The notes under the pieces were generated by a model. That model was not told the DNA's origin, searched no databases, and saw only the letters and a list, made by a program, of their open reading frames with translations. From contig CALHAG010000002.1 of NCBI GenBank assembly GCA_937934305.1, forward strand, positions 13,263 to 77,262: a stretch of 64,000 bases of DNA, given 5' to 3'. How positions within the stretch are numbered: position 1 is the stretch's first letter; each line of letters opens with the position of its first letter. Source of the DNA: Candidatus Caldarchaeum subterraneum. GTDB taxonomy: Archaea > Thermoproteota > Nitrososphaeria_A > Caldarchaeales > Caldarchaeaceae. Shown one piece after another: positions 58,101 through 64,000 of the stretch. A program made the position numbers and the translations under genes.

Positions 58101-58550
58101 GGCTATGCCGACAACCGAGCCCTGGGTCACGAGGTTCAACCCGTCAGGTTTTATGTTGGCTGCGGAGAGGATTGTGAGAAGCTCGTTTCTCGACACGATG
58201 CGGTTGTTGAGCATGTATTCGCTTTCTCCCGTCGCGTAGAGCCGCCTGCTTATGACAACTTCTTCGGAGTCGACGGGGATGCTGTGGTCTGAGTTGTCGA
58301 GCGTGAGGGTTACAAGGGCCTGAGAATCGGTGCCCTTGCTTGATTCATGCAAAAGCTTAGAAAACCTATCAACCCTGAGATTGTGTGCGCTAAGCTCTCC
58401 GAGCGCAAACTTGACGGCGTCGAGGACCGTTGACTTCCCCCCGCCGTTAGGCCCCGTTATAACCACGAGGCCAGGCGGCAGCTTTATCACGGTTCTCTTA
58501 TTCCCAAACGATTTGAAACCCGTGATAGCCACCGACTTTATTCTAACCAT
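55173..58550 (-). CDS. smc: chromosome segregation ATPase SMC
   Basis: 1125 aa, GPNGGGKSTVLDAV Walker A, long coiled coils, hinge, C-terminal LSGGEKSVSAVALILAL signature and FDEIDAHLD. Confidence 0.92.
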   Translation of the reverse strand: MVRIKSVAITGFKSFGNKRTVIKLPPGLVVITGPNGGGKSTVLDAVKFALGELSAHNLRVDRFSKLLHESSKGTDSQALVTLTLDNSDHSIPVDSEEVVISRRLYATGESEYMLNNRIVSRNELLTILSAANIKPDGLNLVTQGSVVGIAEMTSRELREVLEDAAGISGYKKRRDEAHKELEIAQKNIDIAKAATSEVRSRVKQLELERNQLLRKTLSEKILNSLKSLSLINEYNSHAQALKELDARAAELLNKLAEKQAEAEHVRARAAALKNEAEELERRRRELAAEVSKIDRAVLSLETEKSRKIAEKNSAENALKQLDLQRRSLETRVAKWRERQSQLKEEFEKKTQQVENLREQWAFKEAEYNESKKLLEELQKEVDEVENRYAAKVEELRFLKLSDDGKSLLLDNIQKQLTHRQHEKEEAEKKLAETRNILSEKNEQLTRLIESMEQLSQLHETQINTAKNIRRELENSREKIASIDKLIEKTRLLKAAGQQLLETLQTAVKEDRKSSGLRTVREVFGERLSGVHRAVLGDWLNAVYVADAEAGLSLAREAAEKKIPLKIVADSLDLDSLVKALTHGVGFRVVESVKQLQPGDRDVATMDGVYVGDPAIISVAGEMSEAVAAERVNRSMERLEAVEAKLLNAREAFDREAKLAEKRLRETEAEMEETRRQLNIKALEKTRLETELNNLSKSVENSVQRLNQLEEEVSRLVQEKEKLTQLLSDKTDEITALTHLRQMVAEKKQALRRAEEDMRRKSQESSTTYRVYVNAERERDRILIELRNIEESLASSEKEFEQIALRERELAEELEQLRVRIEELDQKIAEASEMKEKMDNELSQLTEALVEKSKEVKQLEQNLSILLNEVSALERENNNLAIERVRIETTLKSIGERLQSFGSGEEAETSLPLELIPHLETEVAEIPVVNQLAAMQYDSIVENYRLRSTRINELEMERKRILDLIESINREEVDAFRRALERVSDSFSFYFNQLTGGEGFLKLENPDDPLNSGVEMLVKFVGKQTRSTVSISGGEKSVSAVALILALQDLTPAQFYIFDEIDAHLDVVYVKNLVNLLKKMSTKKQIIIITLKDIIAEQADALFGVYMVNESSQVVRTRLSEVVEAG

Positions 58551-58625
58551 TCGCCTAAATCAACGTAAAGGGATGTTTATCAACATGCCTCCAGATGTCG
58601 AAGGCGGTCATATGCGCCAATTACC

Positions 58626-59741
58626 TTGGTAAAACCATCAAGAGGCATAAATACGGATTCTACGGGTTTTACACCGTTGAGCGAGCGGCTTTTTGAGGAG
58701 AGGCTGGAGAGTTTTGTTTCGCGGCTCAGAAGCTCACCTGTTGAATCGGTTATTCTTTCCAAGAAATCCAACGTCATGTATTTTACGGGTTCAGAGAACG
58801 GTGTGTTGCTGATAACCGCGGACGGCACAGTCAGCGTCTTCTCAAACACCCCCGTAAACACTCCTCTAGCCGGCAGGGTTCACATAGTCGAGAAACTCGG
58901 CCGCAGAGAAATCTACCCCATCGTCTTCGAGTACATAGGTGATAGGAGGATGACAGTGGGCTATGACACCATGCCCGCCGAAACATATCAGTCAATAATC
59001 AAAAACTATCCATCCCTCTCACTCACCTGCATCAAAGACATTGTCTACGAGCAGCGGCAGAGCAAATCCGATTACGAGATAATGCTTATCCGCAAAGCCT
59101 CGTCAATCGTCTCCTTCGCCATGGAAATCGTCAGAGAGGTCATCGCCGGAGGAACAACTGCCTCGGATATTAGACGGGCTTTGGCTGACAACATTTACCG
59201 CCTCGAAGCCGACCTCCCATACAGCCCACGCATATCGATAGGGGAAGAAACCTTCCTCAACATAGATAGCCCTCCTAACCGAGGGATAAGAGAAGGTGAA
59301 ATCGTCAAAATATCATTCGCCGCATCGGTCGAGGGATACATATCACATATCTCACGCACCTACTTCTACAAAAAATCGCAGGAAAAAATCTTGAAAACCT
59401 ATCAACAGCTCATCCGCCTAAAAGAATACATAACTTCGCTTCTCTCGGTGTGGTCCTCCGCTGTCTCGATATACGATAGGGCAAGAGCCTTTGCGATGGA
59501 GATTGGGCTCGACCCCACATCTCTAACATTGTTTGGAAGAGGTGTGGGTCTCGAGGCGGAGGAGCATCCATTCATCGACGCGGCTAGCACCGACATCATA
59601 CGCGAGGGGTCTGTCATCAGCATAGGCCCCGACCTGCTTCTCCCAGGGCGATATGGCTTATCGGTTTCAGACATATATCTTGTCACTTCCAGAGGTGTGG
59701 AGAAGTTAACTGATGCCGATGTCGAAATGGAGGTTGGCTAG
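58626..59741 (+). CDS. M24 family metallopeptidase (Xaa-Pro peptidase/creatinase fold)
   Basis: 371 aa, N-terminal creatinase-like domain then pita-bread domain. Confidence 0.75.
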   Translation: MVKPSRGINTDSTGFTPLSERLFEERLESFVSRLRSSPVESVILSKKSNVMYFTGSENGVLLITADGTVSVFSNTPVNTPLAGRVHIVEKLGRREIYPIVFEYIGDRRMTVGYDTMPAETYQSIIKNYPSLSLTCIKDIVYEQRQSKSDYEIMLIRKASSIVSFAMEIVREVIAGGTTASDIRRALADNIYRLEADLPYSPRISIGEETFLNIDSPPNRGIREGEIVKISFAASVEGYISHISRTYFYKKSQEKILKTYQQLIRLKEYITSLLSVWSSAVSIYDRARAFAMEIGLDPTSLTLFGRGVGLEAEEHPFIDAASTDIIREGSVISIGPDLLLPGRYGLSVSDIYLVTSRGVEKLTDADVEMEVG

Positions 59742-60493
59742 AGCCCGAACCTGCGTTCCCTGCTCTGATAAGTGCGTATCGCTCTGAGAAGGTCAATGTA
59801 CCTGAAGTCGGGCAGGTTAACGTCTTGGAAGACGAACTCACTGTAAGCCGATTGCCACAGCAGAAAGTTACTTATCCGTGTTTCACCGGACGTTCTTATG
59901 ATGAGGTCGGGCTCCGGGTTGGGTACACCGTTTGTGTAGAGATGTTTCTCGAAAGTTTTCTCATCGATTTGCTCGGGTGACAGCTGGCCCATCTTCACCT
60001 CCTCCGCTATCTGTTTGACGGCTTCGAGTATCTCCAGCCGGCCGCCGTATGCTATCGCGAGGTTGAGGAACCGGTTGTCATGCAGCTCGGTCGCATGCTC
60101 AAGCTTCTCAAGCGCCTCCACAACATTTGGCGGAAGCATGTCTTTTCTGCCGATGACCTTGACTTTTACTCGGTACTTGTATATCTTCGGGTCTTTGAGA
60201 AGCTTGTGAGCCTTCTCCTCTATTAGCCGGAATATCTCCTCAACCTCGTGCATGGGACGTCTCAGGTTCTCCGTGGAGAGGATGTATAGGGTTACTGTTT
60301 TTATGCCCAGCTCCAGCAACCAGTCAAGAATCTCCTCAACCTTATCCGCCCCCGCTTCATGACCCTTCCACGGAGGCCATCCCCGCACCCTCGCCCACCT
60401 CCTATTACCGTCGAGAATCAGCCCCACATGGCTAGGCATCTGACCCGAAGAAACGTTCCTCAGCAACCATTTCTCATATAGCCAGTAAACACC
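59738..60493 (-). CDS. uppS: cis-prenyltransferase (undecaprenyl-diphosphate synthase UppS family)
   Basis: HVGLILDGNRRWA, ...IRTSGETRISNFLLWQSAYSE. Start taken at MGVYWLYEK, downstream of the neighbouring gene end. Confidence 0.85.
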   Translation of the reverse strand, partial: GVYWLYEKWLLRNVSSGQMPSHVGLILDGNRRWARVRGWPPWKGHEAGADKVEEILDWLLELGIKTVTLYILSTENLRRPMHEVEEIFRLIEEKAHKLLKDPKIYKYRVKVKVIGRKDMLPPNVVEALEKLEHATELHDNRFLNLAIAYGGRLEILEAVKQIAEEVKMGQLSPEQIDEKTFEKHLYTNGVPNPEPDLIIRTSGETRISNFLLWQSAYSEFVFQDVNLPDFRYIDLLRAIRTYQSRERRFGL

Positions 60494-60527
60494 CATTAGC
60501 TGTAGAAGTTTTTTCAACAAACCAGGG

Positions 60528-61712
60528 TCACTGTTTCTTGGCCGCTCCTTTTCTGAACTGTTTTCCATATATTGAGCGGAGGACACGTGTCATAGCGAAG
60601 GTTACTCCAAGCGTAACCACACCCATCACAGCCGTAAGTATGAACAGGAAGGTTGAGCTCTCGGTTATCGTCGTCGGCTGAGGCTGCTGCAAAAGCACTC
60701 CCGCCCGTTTGAGCAGGGCCCACAGCCATATTGACAGAACACCCGCGTGAATGGTTCGCCAGAATCCATAGTATCTTATGATGTAGTAGTAGATCATGTT
60801 GGAGAGAACCACGAGTATCGCGCTAATCGCTATAAAGTCGATGCTCTGGCTTATGAAAACTCCGGAGAGTCTGAGCACGGTGGGCAGCAGTATCGCTGGG
60901 TCGATGAGCTGTTCACTCGTCAGGTTGAGGGAGATGTAGGTCGTGTAGGTAGATGATAGGCCGAGGTACAGCCCGATGAGCAGGGAAGCTCCTGCACCGA
61001 GGTAGGCGAAGGCCCTTATCTGCCCGATTGCAGGCATCTGAGATATTCTGTAGAAGCCTGTGAAAAGGCGTGAAAAATGAATGTCTATCCTAAACCCCCA
61101 GAGAAAAAGAAGTAGGCCTAGGAAGAGGAGTAGGATGGAGGGTTGTGCGAGTCCGAAGATGCTTAGGAGAGCGGAGAGAGCGATGAAGCCTCCTGGTATG
61201 CCTATGATGAACTTGGCGTAGCGCGGGTCGGTTATGCCGAGTCGCAGATACTTGCCTAGAATGAGCCATGACTGCTCAACGGTCTGGCTCTGTTTGACGG
61301 TGACCCGTTGAACCGAGGCGATGGCGACTTGTGAGGAGATTATCGGGGTCACTATCGCGTCTGTCTCGCCGTCGCTCACGAATATGCAGCGCTGTGCCGG
61401 AAACTTTTCAAGCACCTCACGCAGCTGGTTGAATATGTTCATGTCCGCCTCCATCCCTTCTTTACGGGAGCCCGTGAGCGTGGCCACCTCAACCTCCTCT
61501 CCCGTTTTACTCTGGGTCAACTGGTCATAGAGTTTGACCGCGTAGAAGAGCGCGTTGGCGTCGGGGTCCTCGGGGTCCGCCAAAGCAAGCCGCACAGCTG
61601 CATCCAGGTTAGCCTCCCGCCCAACAACAGGGCCGCTTATCCCTGTTTTCACCCCGAGGTCATCATCCCTGTCAACAACTATGATAAGCAGCCTGTCACC
61701 GTCCTCAGCCAT
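60528..61712 (-). CDS. DUF373-like archaeal membrane protein
   Basis: N-terminal soluble domain LLIIVVDRDDDLGVKTGISGPVVGRE followed by about 7 TM helices. Family call made from memory. Confidence 0.5.
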   Translation of the reverse strand: MAEDGDRLLIIVVDRDDDLGVKTGISGPVVGREANLDAAVRLALADPEDPDANALFYAVKLYDQLTQSKTGEEVEVATLTGSRKEGMEADMNIFNQLREVLEKFPAQRCIFVSDGETDAIVTPIISSQVAIASVQRVTVKQSQTVEQSWLILGKYLRLGITDPRYAKFIIGIPGGFIALSALLSIFGLAQPSILLLFLGLLLFLWGFRIDIHFSRLFTGFYRISQMPAIGQIRAFAYLGAGASLLIGLYLGLSSTYTTYISLNLTSEQLIDPAILLPTVLRLSGVFISQSIDFIAISAILVVLSNMIYYYIIRYYGFWRTIHAGVLSIWLWALLKRAGVLLQQPQPTTITESSTFLFILTAVMGVVTLGVTFAMTRVLRSIYGKQFRKGAAKKQ

Positions 61713-61999
61713 TCCCCAACATTCTCTCCCACAACAATGATTTAAAGGCTCTCAAGTCCTCTGCCCACCCCTCACATCATATACAAACAGAATATCCGGT
61801 CTCAAGTCAAAATTTCACCTCAATGCATCTCTCCTTAACAAACAGCTTCAAACCACTGGACAACCTAGACCCTGCAACAATGCATGCAATCACCCTTCTC
61901 AGCAAGGTTTCTTCGAGGCTGAGTAAACTTGCCAAGAGAACTCATAGTGAGCTGTGAACTATATTTTCCTTCCGAATAACCACAAAGTGCCACCGCTCA

Positions 62000-62446
62000 T
62001 TAAAAACGCCGGTAAGTGTCTACGTTGAAGTTCAACACGCTCTTCAGCGAGGCGGTAGAGGAGCTCCAGAACACTGAGGAGAGATTAAGCCCTGTATATG
62101 GGATAGCCTGTATAAGCCCTGTTACCTCTAATGTGGGCAATATAACTCGGCGGAATCGCTGGAGATGTTCAGACGCAGAGACCATCACAGGTAACGTCAA
62201 AGTTTCCTGAGCAGCAGGAACAGCAATGAAGATACTCCATACTGCACCACCTATCCAAAGGCCAAAGGCGAGTAAATGAAACGGCCGCAGCACCCAAGCC
62301 GAAGGCTGTGTTGGAAATGTCAAACGGGCGTCAAGAAGCGCAGTCAACACAATGCTCAAAGCCAGCAGAACCAAGTTTAGTCTAACTAGGCTGAGTTTAA
62401 AGACTCGCACGCAATGGCTGGACCGGTAACTAGGCAGTTGAACCAT
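62000..62446 (-). CDS. hypothetical membrane protein
   Basis: 148 aa, 3-4 TM segments. No family recognised. Confidence 0.3.
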   Translation of the reverse strand: MVQLPSYRSSHCVRVFKLSLVRLNLVLLALSIVLTALLDARLTFPTQPSAWVLRPFHLLAFGLWIGGAVWSIFIAVPAAQETLTLPVMVSASEHLQRFRRVILPTLEVTGLIQAIPYTGLNLSSVFWSSSTASLKSVLNFNVDTYRRF

Positions 62447-62592
62447 ATGCTAGAATAAGCTTGAAGAGACCGGCTCCCCAGAGCGCACGGTCCATGGCTG
62501 GGGTGGACCATGAATATATCAAGGCCGCGAAGGAGAGGATGGTTTCCCTACTCGATGAGCTCGACAAAATCCTACAAAATATGTTGCAAAGC

Positions 62593-62982
62593 TTAATTCT
62601 TCCCTTCTCTAAGCTTTATTTCCACGTCCATATTCTCAGAAAGAGCTCTGCTCAGGAGCGATGATGGGATGGCGCTGTCTCTAGTGATAACCCTGATGCC
62701 TTCAGTAAGTATCTTCACTCGCTGCTTTGGCGATGTCTGCTCTATGGGCATGAGGTCCACCGGTGTCCTGAGCAGGTCTTCCAAAACGTTTGCAACCTCG
62801 ATCAACTTCCGCAAACTCAGTTCTGGACGGGAATACACAGCTATATCAATGTCCCGCACCAACCTCCGCCTTACCGCGGAACCGAATATAACTGCAAACT
62901 TAATCTCCGGCATCCTTTCGAAGAAATCTCTCACCTTATCCACCACTTCATGCAACAGAACCTCATGGTATATTATGCTCAA
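62593..62982 (-). CDS. nucleotidyltransferase (MntA-like)
   Basis: IFGSAVRRRLVRDIDIAV. Confidence 0.8.
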   Translation of the reverse strand: MSIIYHEVLLHEVVDKVRDFFERMPEIKFAVIFGSAVRRRLVRDIDIAVYSRPELSLRKLIEVANVLEDLLRTPVDLMPIEQTSPKQRVKILTEGIRVITRDSAIPSSLLSRALSENMDVEIKLREGKN

Positions 62983-63404
62983 CGAGTGAAAGCCTCCTCA
63001 ACCGCATATAAGAATTCCTCTACACATTTAAAGTCATCCAAAATCTCCCGGTAAACCCTCTCGTCATCCACCGTCCAGTAGCGATGTATCAGCAGATTCC
63101 TGAATCCCACCAAGGCCTGAAGATCCTTCACGCATGAAAGAGTTAGTCTTTCAGCCACACATTTAATTGCCTCCCTATACGAGGTGGGAGTCTTGCCGTA
63201 TGCCTCCATGCAAAGATGCGTGCATAGGGACACGAGAGATTCCACCAAAGTAATCAAATTGTATCTCATCGAATATCTCTGGTCCACATCTAGCTCCGAG
63301 AATGGTCTGGAAGTTAGCCTCAGTAGCTCGTTGACCGATAGTCTAACATCCGAAATCCTAGCCCTCACCAAAGCAGGGTCAACAGGCATTCGTAACCAGC
63401 CCAC
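62979..63404 (-). CDS. DUF86 / HepT-like HEPN toxin
   Basis: GFRNLLIHRYWTVDDERV (RNxxxHxY motif). 4-nt overlap with the MNT gene. Confidence 0.8.
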   Translation of the reverse strand: MGWLRMPVDPALVRARISDVRLSVNELLRLTSRPFSELDVDQRYSMRYNLITLVESLVSLCTHLCMEAYGKTPTSYREAIKCVAERLTLSCVKDLQALVGFRNLLIHRYWTVDDERVYREILDDFKCVEEFLYAVEEAFTR

Positions 63405-64000
63405 ATCTATGTAGGCGGGTTAATAATCCTTCCTTCAAAGGAGCCCCCCGATACTCTGTTCAACCTAATTCGGCGGCGGGTGAAGAAAAATTCCTCAAGC
63501 TATAGAAAGCCATGTCAAGACCGGAGAGGCCAGAGACATCAGCAGCTATGTGAGAAAAGCCTTAGAACTCAAGCTCAGACAAGACAACCCCCAGGCAACC
63601 GCAGACATCCCAAAACTTCTCACCGCTGAAATTGAGAAAGAGATGGACAACTTTCTAAACTCCCAGCTGGCTATTGACCTAGGGATAGAGGACAAGCATC
63701 AGCTAGTCTCCCAAGCCGTCAGATACTTCCTACACATCCATCGCCTGCATATCTAAAGAGTAGACAGTACACGACTAAACGACACATTATACGTTACGAT
63801 ATGCACAACGCGTCCAGGGCTGGCACACCATTGGAGACAGCTCCTAAAATTCATCCACGAAAACGGTATAGCAACAAAGGTCAAGCTCTACTTATCCAGA
63901 GACAGCGAACACTTCATAGAAGCATACCTAGCAGCCCTAACCATCGACGCCACCTTCATCATAGGCAAGTTCACCGCAACAATAACCGCCAAAATGGAGC

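Noticed and set aside
63778-64000. Open plus-strand frame running off the window end (…IHENGIATKVKLYLSRDSEHFIEAYLAALTIDATFIIGKF…)
   Set aside because: No in-frame ATG/GTG/TTG after the preceding stop, and an A+C-rich segment where open frames arise easily. Cannot be supported as a gene.
1-64000. tRNA, rRNA and CRISPR search
   Set aside because: No T-loop-like GGTTCGAAT/GTTCAAATC contexts and no cloverleaf candidates in the intergenic regions I examined. No regularly spaced direct-repeat arrays other than the intragenic protein repeat at 43897-44350.

Overview
This window is a gene-dense archaeal chromosomal segment of about 57% GC. The archaeal assignment is well supported: it encodes Nop5 and fibrillarin (C/D-box sRNP proteins), TFB, Gar1, SRP19, ribosomal proteins S8e and S26e, Trm1, an archaeal-type ProRS and V-type ATPase subunit D. 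The overall gene set looks like a crenarchaeon of the Thermoproteales/Thermofilaceae type, but that lineage call is a guess. Reading left to right: (a) one long minus-strand operon: Liv-type ABC transporter (5 genes), LLM oxidoreductase, cyclic amidohydrolase and a lone XDH-family molybdenum-hydroxylase large subunit; (b) a divergent metabolic cluster with two ornithine cyclodeaminase paralogs, a PaaK-like CoA ligase, a fumarylacetoacetate hydrolase, a LeuA-like DRE-TIM enzyme, an orphan TPP-dependent E1-alpha and a ParB/sulfiredoxin-like protein; (c) housekeeping genes (rps26e, htpX, proS) followed by a low-GC islet carrying a DUF4258/DUF2283 pair; (d) an atpD gene that appears frameshifted, then a module of membrane protein, retropepsin-like aspartic protease, HEPN and MNT; (e) a 12-kb glycosylation or exopolysaccharide locus (GalU-like, UDP-sugar dehydrogenase, five GT4 glycosyltransferases, Wzx flippase, FkbM and class I methyltransferases, epimerase) that contains several damaged genes; (f) a scar and accessory region holding a GT2 remnant, a degenerate vapBC, an epimerase 3' remnant, a striking undecad-repeat coiled-coil protein and a TA cassette flanked by 36-bp direct repeats; (g) a conserved informational cluster of nop5, flpA, rnhB, a THEP1-like NTPase, trm1, ftsJ, tfb, gar1, srp19, rps8e, scpB, scpA and smc; (h) an M24 peptidase, uppS, a DUF373-like membrane protein and a third HEPN/MNT pair. 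I found no rRNA, tRNA or CRISPR array. Coordinates, product calls and family names are my own reading of the provided ORF track plus hand translation; no database search was possible.
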